Positions 26,301-37,000 of a stretch of DNA of 55,340 nucleotides are shown here, in pieces. How positions within the stretch are numbered: position 1 is the stretch's first letter; each line of letters begins with the position of its first letter. A model generated the notes under the pieces. It was not told the DNA's origin and ran no database searches. It worked only from the letters and a program-made list of their open reading frames with translations. The stretch is from a virus (Duplodnaviria; Caudoviricetes), in the IMG/VR virus record IMGVR_UViG_3300017771_002251, positions 1 through 55,340 of that record. One strand, 5' to 3'. Made by a program: the position numbers and the translations under genes.

Positions 26301-26942
26301 TTATGCCTCTAGTTGGAGTACAGTCATTTCAACAGTGATAGATTGTTGTCCTCCAGACTTATTCATAACTGATAGATAAACATTTGTTGATGGAGTTCCA
26401 TCATCATTAAATCCGATCAAAGCAGGAGTGAAGAGAACATCTTCGTTGTTTCCAGTTGTGATAGCTTCTGCAATTACTCCAGAACCAGGGGTGGGATCTT
26501 CAGAAATAGTTCTAGATCCATCTGCTGTTCTTGCTGCAGATGTAGGATAAATTCTTACCCATGCAGGGTGAGAAACATTCAACTTCAGTAGTGCATATGA
26601 TTTGTATGCCGTGATAACAATACCTTCATCGACATCATTTGCATGAGTAGCACTGGTGGAGTTATTAAAATCTGATCTTGTTCCGAGACTGGTGCCACCG
26701 CCTCCACCTCCACCACCGCCGCCAGCGGAGCTAATTACGCCATCGGTGATAGTGACGGTAGAACCATCTACTTTAACGCCACCTAATACAGTTGTACTTG
26801 CAGTTGGCAGTAGGTATGAATCAAGGGTTCCACCACTGGATTTCCAGCTGCTACCATTCCAGATCCAAGTTAGACCACCCTCGGTATGTGTAAATGAACC
26901 GTCTGTAGCTTGTCCAGCGGTATCTGGGAATAGAATTGCCAT
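26301..26942 (-). CDS. Short fibre-like structural protein
   Basis: MAILFP...TWIWNGSSW N-module, LPTASTTVLGGVKVDG fibre repeat, Gly9 linker. Confidence 0.65.
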   Translation of the reverse strand: MAILFPDTAGQATDGSFTHTEGGLTWIWNGSSWKSSGGTLDSYLLPTASTTVLGGVKVDGSTVTITDGVISSAGGGGGGGGGGTSLGTRSDFNNSTSATHANDVDEGIVITAYKSYALLKLNVSHPAWVRIYPTSAARTADGSRTISEDPTPGSGVIAEAITTGNNEDVLFTPALIGFNDDGTPSTNVYLSVMNKSGGQQSITVEMTVLQLEA

Positions 26943-26965
26943 TTCTTAAGATCTCTCCGTTTAGT

Positions 26966-26972
26966 TATTTAT
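26966..26972 (-). promoter_or_regulatory. Late promoter core ATAAATA
   Basis: Intergenic, upstream of GGAGA SD and the ATG at 26942. Confidence 0.55.
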
Positions 26973-26973
26973 T

Positions 26974-28410
26974 TCAAATTTCTTGAACATATAACTGACA
27001 TGTTTCAGTGCCAGATCTACTTCCAGATGCAGTCAAAGACTTCAATCTAATTTGATATGTCATGATATCGCCAGTAGTTCCTCCATGACTATCAACAAAC
27101 TCAAAATACAATGGAGTCACACCAGTGACATTTGGATCTGTTGTAGCGACTGTACAGATTTCTGTCAGTGAGGATCCATCACTTCTTTCGAGAGCAATAA
27201 GTCCACTGGTATTGTTAGTACCATTTAGTTTACCAAACAGAATGCTAATTCTAACTCTGGAAAAGGTTGTTACAGTAATACCTGCATTGAATGTTCCATT
27301 ATCATCAGCGAACACAGTTCCAGAACCACCCAAAGTGAATGATGCATCAACATCACCAACAGCGGTTCTGAATGCTGCAGCTGGGGCATCTGCTACGAGA
27401 GGAGGAGATGCATCGACCCATGCTGCTGGGTTTGCTCCATTGTCGTAATAAACTTTTAAGCGACCAGAATCACTCTCCCACCACATATCTCCACTAGTGG
27501 CATTTGATGGTGGATTGTCACCTACTTCGACATTGGCACCACCACCTTCGCCCCAATACAGTTGACCATTTCCATCAGTGGTCAGAGATTGACCAGCACT
27601 GCCATCAGAAGTTACGAACTTGACGACACCATTAATTTTTCCAGTACCGTCAATATTGAATGTGGTGTTACCACTAGACTTCAGTGTTAAACCACCAGAA
27701 CCTGGTGCGTGGTTGATTACAATTTCACCATCTTTATCAACAAGCACACCGTAGTCATTTGCCAGTGCAGTAGCAATCGTACCAAACCTAGTATTAGATG
27801 GAATAACTATATTGTTTCCAGTTAACGTTAAGTTTGCTGATGCTGTTGCTGTAGTAATCGAATTTGTATTTACCCCACCAACATTAATGCTAGAAGCAGT
27901 TGTATCTCCTCGTCCAACCACATCATTAAGTGTGGAAGTCTCTGTGTAACTTGTTAGATATCCAACAGCATCGTGATCACCCCATGCATACGCGGTGTCC
28001 CAAGATACATTGTTGTAGTTTAGAGGAGTCAGATACTTGGTTGTTTGACCTAGAGATAGAGTAATAGAATCTTGGGGACCAAGATTAGTAATGTTCAGGT
28101 TATTGACAAATGTCTGTGTTACTCTCGCGTCAATAGCGGCATTCGCTCTAGTGTCTGTGTAATAAAGATTCGTTCCTTCAAGAACTGAAGATGTGGAAAA
28201 CTCATTGAATGCTAGATCAATTGTTAGGGATCCATTAGCATCATCATAAGTAACCGCTGTTCCCACGCCACCTTGTAATAGGGCAGCAACCCTATCATCT
28301 ACCTTCTCGTCAAAGGTAACGTCTAACCCGTTTACATCAGCAGCAAGAGCATTGATCTCCTGTCGCTGCTGGTCAAGGGTATATGTAATTGGTACGTTTC
28401 TTAATGGCAT
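26974..28410 (-). CDS. Fibre protein (478 aa)
   Basis: MPLRNVP..TLDQQRQEIN anchor, EGTNLYYTDTRA, GQSLTTDGNGQLYW and GDMWWESDSGRLKVYY modules typical of marine phage fibres. Confidence 0.7.
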   Translation of the reverse strand: MPLRNVPITYTLDQQRQEINALAADVNGLDVTFDEKVDDRVAALLQGGVGTAVTYDDANGSLTIDLAFNEFSTSSVLEGTNLYYTDTRANAAIDARVTQTFVNNLNITNLGPQDSITLSLGQTTKYLTPLNYNNVSWDTAYAWGDHDAVGYLTSYTETSTLNDVVGRGDTTASSINVGGVNTNSITTATASANLTLTGNNIVIPSNTRFGTIATALANDYGVLVDKDGEIVINHAPGSGGLTLKSSGNTTFNIDGTGKINGVVKFVTSDGSAGQSLTTDGNGQLYWGEGGGANVEVGDNPPSNATSGDMWWESDSGRLKVYYDNGANPAAWVDASPPLVADAPAAAFRTAVGDVDASFTLGGSGTVFADDNGTFNAGITVTTFSRVRISILFGKLNGTNNTSGLIALERSDGSSLTEICTVATTDPNVTGVTPLYFEFVDSHGGTTGDIMTYQIRLKSLTASGSRSGTETCQLYVQEI

Positions 28411-28436
28411 GATACCAGACTATTCCTCTATTTTAG

Positions 28437-28444
28437 TATTTATG
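28437..28444 (-). promoter_or_regulatory. Late promoter CATAAATA
   Basis: Overlaps the stop at 28440, upstream of GAGG SD and the ATG at 28410. Confidence 0.6.
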
Positions 28445-30902
28445 AGTGTGCAATAACTTGGACAGCGATCGATCCACTATCAGTGGCACTTCCCCCCGCT
28501 AGGACACTAAAAGCTATCTTGTCAGCAGATCTCGTTATTTCTAAATTCGTTGTTCCATTAATATCCATGACATTAGCAATAACATAGTAGTCAGTGGCAT
28601 TAGTAAATGCACTTGTAAAGTTCAGCTCATAGTTGCCAGCAGATTGCCGTGACACCGTTGCTCCTGCTGTTCCAGTCCACGTAGGAGTTGCACCTAGCGT
28701 AATCTCACCAGCCTTGCTAGTTGCAGGTGGTGTATAAGTTGTCGTAGTGCCACTGACAGGATGTGCTGCTGCTGGTGGTGTGAAAGATTGCGTGTTACTA
28801 CTTTGAGATGATGTATATCTAGCATCTTTTGTAAAACGAATATCGTCAATATATGCATCAACAATACCAGCAGTGTTAGTAGATACTTGACTTCCTCCAA
28901 ATAAAATTGGTTCGGAAGTATTGGACATATTGGTGCCACTATAGGAGGTTCCCTTTGTCCAAGTGATATCTTCTAGACCATTTACATAAAAATGAAGTTG
29001 TCCATCAGATTCTTTTACTAAAGCAATATGATTCCAACTTTGTACAAATTTGCTAGCAAAAACCGTGCTACTATCGGTTTGAAAACCTATGGTACTAGTT
29101 GTATTAGTAGCTGTATCATGTATGTCAAGTCTCCATCCTATGTTAACACCAACATACGCATAATATAGTTGCCATCCACCACCTGTCGCTCCTGCAGTTT
29201 TATTATTACTTCCAGCAAGAGTGCCAGCAGATTTTGATACAATAACATACTTATCATTTACCCCAGTCAGAGAAGCGTTTGGTGCGGAATCTATATTAAT
29301 CCAAAACTCTAATGTAAATGTGTTAGTGAAATCATAGTCACTTCTGTCGTCATACCTAACACCATTACCAACTGTTTTTAGAACTTTCGCTCCATAATTG
29401 GCGGGGGTTCCTACAAGGGTTGAGGCAGCTATACCGCCATAAATTTGAGCAGTGCCAGTGTCACCAAACTTTACGTCGTTAAAATCACTATCGAAAGTGG
29501 ATCTTAATAGAACCTTATCCCAATCAGTTTCTGCTGGGATAGTAGCTGTTTGAGTGCTACCAAGAATAAACTCTTGCCAGTTACTTCCATCATAGAAATG
29601 TGGTTTACCACTAATCTGTCTGATCTCACCTTGTGTTGCTGTTGGACCAGATCCTTCATTGACGCCAAACTTGAATCCATTAGCAGTGAATGGGTCGCCA
29701 CCACCAGCTACGCTGATAACACCATTGCTATCAACAGCGATGGTTGTGCCATCTGGTTGTACAACACCAGTAGAAGATGTGGTTGCGGCACTACCTGCAG
29801 TGAATGGAGAACCACCAACTGTGAATGCCGTAGCATCAAGAGTTCCTGTGACTGTTACACCAGTGGAGGTAGTCTGTAATTTTGTACTATTAGAGTGTTG
29901 AAGTGTAACTGGTGCAGCATCAATTTCAATTTCACCAGCAGTTAATCTTTCAAATTTAACAATATTTCCAGTGTTGTTATAAATTAATCTTGCATCATTG
30001 TTACTACCAAGATTAATTGCATTCTCATCATACATGTATAGTGAACTATTTCCACTAGCTGCTTTGAATTCAACGTGTGCATTTACATCAACAGCATCAT
30101 TGAAATCAACAGTACCACCAAAAGTAGCAGTGCTACCAATGTCCAGGGTGCCAGCAAACGTGACATTACCAGCAGCATCGATTTCTGATGTGATTCCAGC
30201 AGTTCCTACTTGTCTACCCTTCCAAAGAGCCTGTGCGCTAATGTTAGCAATATAAATCTGTCCACCGTTGCTTACACTAAATCCAGCATTAGTGGATGTC
30301 TCGTTGATACCACCACCAGGAAATTCAGCAATAGGATATGTACTAAAACCGTATGGTACATACATTGATCCACCAAAGACAGCTTCAGTAACCATCTGAC
30401 CAGGAGTTATCTGATCTGCCGTTTTAATAATAAAACTACCTGATGCAGAATGTAACTCGTCATTAACTTCGAGATCTCCTAAAACTGTCGCACCTGTAAG
30501 ATTAGTTCCAATTTTTTTAGCACCGTCATAGTAAAGTTCGACAGGACCATCTTTGAGAGCTGTGAGATACAGTTCACTAGTATCAGTCTTTGATCTGATC
30601 TGCAAAGCATCAGAATCAATGAATGATGTTAGGACACCTACAGATCCATCGTAGTAAATTTTTAGGTCAGCATCATCACCAAAGTTTGCTGCTACATTAT
30701 CAGAAAAGGTAGGACTGCTATTGAATGTTGCAATGCCGTCAAAGTCTACAGTGCTTTGGAATGTTACATCACTAGAGAATGTCTTACTCCCACCAAATGT
30801 TTTCGTGCCCTCGACCGCATTATCGAGATCAGATGCAATTAAGTTAATCTCTTGACGCTGCTGTTCCAGCGTATGCGCCTTTGGTACGTTACGTAGTGTC
30901 AT
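28440..30902 (-). CDS. Fibre protein (820 aa) with LamG/ConA-like domain
   Basis: Same N-terminal anchor as the 478-aa gene; FGDDADLKIYYDG shaft repeats; FTLEFWI...WNHIALVK....HFYVNG...YIDDIRFTKDARY LamG-like signature. Confidence 0.75.
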   Translation of the reverse strand: MTLRNVPKAHTLEQQRQEINLIASDLDNAVEGTKTFGGSKTFSSDVTFQSTVDFDGIATFNSSPTFSDNVAANFGDDADLKIYYDGSVGVLTSFIDSDALQIRSKTDTSELYLTALKDGPVELYYDGAKKIGTNLTGATVLGDLEVNDELHSASGSFIIKTADQITPGQMVTEAVFGGSMYVPYGFSTYPIAEFPGGGINETSTNAGFSVSNGGQIYIANISAQALWKGRQVGTAGITSEIDAAGNVTFAGTLDIGSTATFGGTVDFNDAVDVNAHVEFKAASGNSSLYMYDENAINLGSNNDARLIYNNTGNIVKFERLTAGEIEIDAAPVTLQHSNSTKLQTTSTGVTVTGTLDATAFTVGGSPFTAGSAATTSSTGVVQPDGTTIAVDSNGVISVAGGGDPFTANGFKFGVNEGSGPTATQGEIRQISGKPHFYDGSNWQEFILGSTQTATIPAETDWDKVLLRSTFDSDFNDVKFGDTGTAQIYGGIAASTLVGTPANYGAKVLKTVGNGVRYDDRSDYDFTNTFTLEFWINIDSAPNASLTGVNDKYVIVSKSAGTLAGSNNKTAGATGGGWQLYYAYVGVNIGWRLDIHDTATNTTSTIGFQTDSSTVFASKFVQSWNHIALVKESDGQLHFYVNGLEDITWTKGTSYSGTNMSNTSEPILFGGSQVSTNTAGIVDAYIDDIRFTKDARYTSSQSSNTQSFTPPAAAHPVSGTTTTYTPPATSKAGEITLGATPTWTGTAGATVSRQSAGNYELNFTSAFTNATDYYVIANVMDINGTTNLEITRSADKIAFSVLAGGSATDSGSIAVQVIAHS

Positions 30903-31096
30903 TTGATTAACTGCTTAAGGAGGGACTTGATTTCGGACATTTCTTCCTTCAAAGTATTTAGATCATCCTGCACATTTCGGAACTCTTCTGCGAGTCTCTT
31001 TTTTGGTTTGGGTGCCGTGTTGATAATGGCACCCGTATTCATGTCTCGGACAAGTCCTTCTTGACCTTCGACTTGCAAATATTCAGATAGTTTCAT
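30899..31096 (-). CDS. Small hypothetical protein with C-terminal coiled coil
   Basis: MKLSEYLQVEG..GLVRD..TGAIIN...LKEEMSEIKSLLKQL. ATG at 31096, just after the VrlC stop. Internal CTAAATA at 30955-30961. Confidence 0.7.
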   Translation of the reverse strand: MKLSEYLQVEGQEGLVRDMNTGAIINTAPKPKKRLAEEFRNVQDDLNTLKEEMSEIKSLLKQLIK

Positions 31097-31097
31097 A

Positions 31098-34000
31098 TTA
31101 GAAAGAAGCAACAGTTCTCATGTCCTGAATCTTGGGAACATAAGAAGGATTATCAGACTTCATAACAATCTTAATAGCGAAGGATGAGAAGTCTGGGATA
31201 TCAGATACTGTGAATGACAATTCTTGATATGCGCTTTGAGATTCATATTGACCAGAAATGCTATTCTGTGCCGTAGCGATTACATCATTGTCAGAAGAAC
31301 CATCTTCATTGAAGTAGGTCCAACTAATATCATCAAATTTTTGTTGCGATGCTTCTGGTTTTGTCTTATACAGAACTTGGATATTGTTAACATCCGTTGC
31401 ATTGACTGTAAGTTTGGTGGACAGAGAAGCAGCAGAACTTGCTAGAGAGATCTCTTTAGTTACATACTTCGCAACAGCAGACGTGTTGACAGATCCATTT
31501 TCTGCAACAAAGTCAATGCCATTTCCAAATTCCATCGCCTTGATTTCAGAGAACTTGGATGTCTCGAAAGAAGCACCGTCAAAATCAATTAGATCTCCAA
31601 CTCTGAATACATCAGATGTTTGTAGACTTGTGGTTGCAGTTCTAGCAAAGTCACTGCCTAATGTGATTTCACTAGTATAGTCACCATTAATAGGTCTCTT
31701 ATCATTCTCAAGAGTCAGTGTCTTGGTATTGGAATCCCAGAAGATTACTTTTCCACTGACTTTGTTGTCATACTTCTCGGTTCTTGCCGAAGGGTTGAAT
31801 GCAGTAACGGTTGAACCAACTACGAAGTTTGGAAGTTGATTGAAGATACCATCATTTGTGATTGTAACTGTGATACCGTCTAGTTCACCACCACTGGCAG
31901 ACTGTGTACTGAAGTATAAAGTTTCGCCCAAAGTAAAGTTTACAGAGTTTTTAATTTTGACAAAAATGTCATTGTCACGAACTCGTAAGACTTCAGATTC
32001 TGCACCAGAAGTTACGCCAGTGACATTCTGGTTGATGACGATAGGAACAAGGTTCCCCCCAACTTCATTTCCTTGAATAGTAAATTTGTATACAGGGAAT
32101 ATTTGAATTTTCTGATATCTCTTGCCATATCTATCTTCCTTTCCATAAGAGTTTTCAACTCTGTTGGTAACAGTTTTTGCAGAAGCAGATCTTAAATCAA
32201 CTACTGGGGAGAGATAGGATTGATCAGACTTTAATGTCATCTTGTACATTAAAGATGCATCCATGTTATTGAGACTTTCGTTGATTGGTGATGCAATCAT
32301 CTTCTGGTTCAAGAAGTATTGCTCTTCATTCAGGAAAGTTGTTTCATAATCCGTCATGGAATATGAAGTGTAGTTATTAGTGTCAGAGTCAACAGGAATA
32401 ACATTGGTAGTCTTGACCATGCTGTCGATGGAAGTTCCACTTACCTGTAGATATGGAATCTGTGCATAAAGTTTTTCGTACTTTCTGTTGTAGGATGCAA
32501 GAACTGCATCACCACCAAAGAATCCAGTATCTGATGCTCTAGATGGTCCAACGATATTGTAAGAGTCAATGCCTGCATTAGAAACTTGGAATAGGGTGGA
32601 CTCTAGTTCGATGGCATCATATCCAGCGAAATCAGGCAGTCCTCTGAAGAATACTTTAGAATCTCCACCTTGTTCAAATCCATTGTCTCTATGATATACC
32701 TTAATGATACTGCTGTTGTTTTTGAACAGAGGAGAAGTTGCTGTGCTGTTAGCAAGAGCATATGTCTCAAGTGGATCTGATAGTAGTTTTTCGTATCCCA
32801 GATCCTCGTTCTTGATAACCAGTTCGCCATTTCTAGAAGTGTCGAATTCTGCTCTGTATAGAGTGAATTTAATATCTTCAAACAGATCTTCTTCCCAGTT
32901 AGCAGTATTTTGAGACTTGAATAGAGATCCAAGGAGAGGTTGTGCATTGACAACCAGACCAGAAGAAATATCTTCCTCTCCCAACTTGGAAGACCATAGT
33001 TTGTATTCAACAGCATCACACTCAATATTGAGTGCATACTCGGTATCATTCTGTAGATAAACAGGATACTCGAAGTTGAAACGTGTGGGTGTGGTGGATC
33101 TGATTCCACCTTCAGGATCGATTGCAACACCCATTCTTACAGCAGGTTCATCGACCTCGATTTCAGACTCGATAACAGCACCGTTATTACCAGCACCAGT
33201 TCCTCTGATAACAACAGATGGTGCTTCGGTGTATCCTCTACCAGCAAGACTTACTTCACTGAAGAATAGTTGACCACCAGATACTTTGACAGATCCAGTA
33301 GCATTGCTTCCACCAGGTAGCTGTGGACTCTCGATAGTGATGGTTGCACTCTCATATCCAGATCCCAGATTAGTAATATTCAGTTTGGATACGCGACCAG
33401 AATCTTTAGCAATCTTCAGACCTACTGTAGCATTGTTAGCATTATTGTATGCAGTAACTGTGCCGATGGTTAGATCTTCATTTGGTAAGAAGTCTCTTCC
33501 ATTGTGATTACTCAAGATGAACGTATAAGTCTGCTCATTTGTTAGAGAAATCTCACCATTGCTGGAAGGGGTAACTTCAAAGTTGTTTCTATCCAAAACT
33601 TTGGTGATAGGTCCTTTAGCAAGACTTCTGTTGCCAGTGATGTCTTCATCCTTCTGAATAGTGATGTTTCCAGAAGAATATACCTTGAGGAAAGTATCTG
33701 GATAAAGGGTCTTGATAGAACCAGGAAGGATGTACTTACCAGGTTTGTCTGATTCTACGTTAGAGAGATACACTCTCAATGGAACAGTAGAACTCTTCTC
33801 GGAGAAGAACAGGTCAACGCCTGTTGCAAACATACCACCCTCAAAGCTTTCGACTTTGAAAGTCTGTGCCATTGGGTTGGGTCTTTCTTTATTCTCTGTG
33901 TTGCTATCAATCTCCTGAACACCTTCATTTGCTTTGAAGATCGCAGGGGTTGTAGAGATAATAGAAGAAGGATTCTCTGGAAGAATACCAGTTGCATAGA

Positions 34001-37000
34001 ACTTAACTTCTGCGAAAGAACTTACTCCATCAACATCAGTGATGGGAGCATCAGACATACTAGAAGTAAATCTAATCGTCTTGATACCAGTAGTAAAGTA
34101 AATCTCTTCAGCAGTATCATCATACTGCATGGTGTCGATATTTCCAGTCCAGAAAGAATTTTCTGCTGGTGCATAACCCGATGGAATTAAGATAATGCCA
34201 CTAGCATTACCATATTCATCTGTAGTAATACTAGTACCAAATGTAGTAGGAGAGTTCGCAGCAATACCAGTAAATCTTGAGTCTGGGTTGATCCATCTAG
34301 CGATGTTTCTACCTTCCATGAAGACATGCAGTTTTGTCTTGGGTTTCATACGCCTTACGACATACTTAACAGGAACAGATCTAGCATAGAACTTCAGTGC
34401 ATTTGATACGTTAGTACCATTGATAGTCTTGTATCCAACACCCTTCGCAATCTCGTTGTTCTGTGGACTGACGTTAGATGAAGATGAAATGGATGCACTG
34501 CTTACAGTAGACTCTGCAGATCTTCCATTGTTTTCTGCAAAACTCTTCAGGTTGTAGAAGGTCTTGTTCACACCAACCCAGTTGATTACAAAAGAGTTGT
34601 AGATACTGGAGAATGCTACTCTTGCATCTTGCTTTGCCAAGAAGACCGAGAACAAATTAGTATTGTTTTCAGTAACCAGAGGTGCTACAAAACTGTTATA
34701 CCATTGATCAATATTTGGATCTAATGCAGCATCACCAACATATTGTAGAACAACGAATGGGTTTGGATTTACTGTCTTTGTTGCAAATACATTACTTGCG
34801 TATTCAACACTCGTAAATGGCAGTGTGATCACACCATTAGAATTTGTGTAACCAGAAATAACTCTCTGATCGTCTCTTGTATTGACTTCTTTGAGTGCAA
34901 AACTGTCTTCTTTGGATTGTGGTCTCAATACAGACTGCTGTGCATCAATGGAACATAGATGATCAATAGACTTGACATTACCAACATTATGAGTTTCGTA
35001 GTTGTCTACAAGGAATCCACTCTTGGATCTATCAATACCAAGAGAATCCTTGACTTGCATGTTAAGTGCTTGCTGCTCAAGAACACTCAATGTAGTGTAA
35101 TACTCAAGACGTTCAATACGCTTCTCTAGTTTACCGATGTCACGCATCGTGTAACGACGGTTGTCAACAGGAGTAATTCTTACATCCTTGCTAGACTTCG
35201 TGAAAGCAGGGATGAACATATAGTAAAGAGGAATGCCATCCTCAATGATCTCTGGTTTGCTTGGGTTCAGAGATGCATTTCCTTTCTTGACAATGAACTC
35301 ACCTTTCTTATTGAGGAAGACGCCATCAATTCTGTCAAGATACTGTGACTCACTGAAAGAGATGGTATAAGGAATATTTCTAGCAGAAGATGGTGTACTG
35401 GAAACAGAACCACCAGGTCCAATGAAGTTGATGTACTCCGACTGTGACAGTAGTGATGTGTCCTGATAACCAGGAATAATTGCAGTAGAATCTACTTTTG
35501 GTCTGAAGTCAATAACGTTCTTAAGACTTACATTACCATGAACGTTGGAGTTGAAATCAGGAATCTCATCTAGGACTACACCTGCTTCATGAATGTAGGA
35601 ATCAACCGTGCAGAAATCACCTTGAGAATGCTCAAAGTAATCGAAAGCAACAACTAGTTGACCTGTGGGTGGATCGAATCCAGGTTTCAGAACGATTCTG
35701 GACACGTCATAGAATGTATCCCTTTGTCCATCATCAAAAGTAAATCTGTTAGTAAGATCTGTACCAACAACTAGATTACCATTGACATCAACCGTTGGTG
35801 GGGCAGAAGATGATCCTTCATAGATGTATCTAATACGGAATGCATCTGAATAGGAGAATACTTCACTGCTATCGCTATCGTAGTCCAAACCGCGAAGAGG
35901 TAGAACCTGATCACCAGGAGATTGGACGATAACTCTCTTATTCTTAATTGCTGTCTTGAGTTTTGGTCTACCCTTGGAAACTTCAATGGTAGCAGTCAAC
36001 TTCAGTTTGGGGAAGTTGGTTACATTGTTACCAAAGTAATTGCCAGGGAAAGTCAGAGTGATACTACCCGAAGACAAACCAGAGGTAGCATCTGTAGTAT
36101 TCAGAATGCTGACAAACTCGGGAGAAACGTAAATAACATCGCCAGTTTCTACTAGGTCAGAACCACCTTTGTCTAGGACAGTGATGAGGAAGTCTCTTTC
36201 TGTAAATTGAGTAAATCTCTGTGTACCAAAGTCTAATTGTGCAGCGAAAGTAACGTTACCACCGTTATCACTACCAGTAGTTACAAAGTCTCTTCTGATA
36301 TAGTATGTGATCTTCGTGTTTTCTGTGGAAGAAACAAGACTGCCGACTTCTTTACTTCCCGTTGGGAAAATCAACGTAGAAGTAGATCCATTTAATACCT
36401 TTCCTCTCTGTCTGATGACAGTTTTAGCAGTCATCGAATCTGGTAGAGCACCATTCAAATAAACTCTAGACTTATCAGTTCCTCTAGGTTGGGTAACCTG
36501 TGAAACGGAGAACTTGTTTAATCTTCCAGTGTCATCATTAAATTGAACAATGTCTCCCTGTTGGAGAACTAAAGATGCATCGGAATTGAATCCATTACAT
36601 TCGATAAATCTGTAACCTTTTGTACCAGAGAAAGTATTCTCGGTTACATCTCTCGTATCACCAAGAGAGTCATCTCCAGTTTCGATATCAGCGGAGAATT
36701 TGTTGTTAGAACCAAAAGTCGAGTACAAAGACTTGACGTTCTGTGAGTTGTAAGTAAGAACACTATCTCTGAACAGAACAGGAGCAATATTTACAGCGAT
36801 AGTGCTTGAACCAAGAACCTCACAGACAGGAGGTGCAGCAAATTCTGTTTGCAATGCATCTCTGTTCTTAATTGTAACTTTGTAAACAGTACCACCATCA
36901 ATGCCAACTTCTACGTCAGCACTTTCAAAGATAGTTCCATTGATATTGATTTTTGATCCTGCAGTGTAACCAGTTCCTTGACGTTGTACAACGAAGTGAG

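Noticed and set aside
26695-26725. (CCR)n microsatellite as a phase-variation tract
   Set aside because: Mixed Gly codons encoding a Gly9 linker; triplet changes would not shift frame
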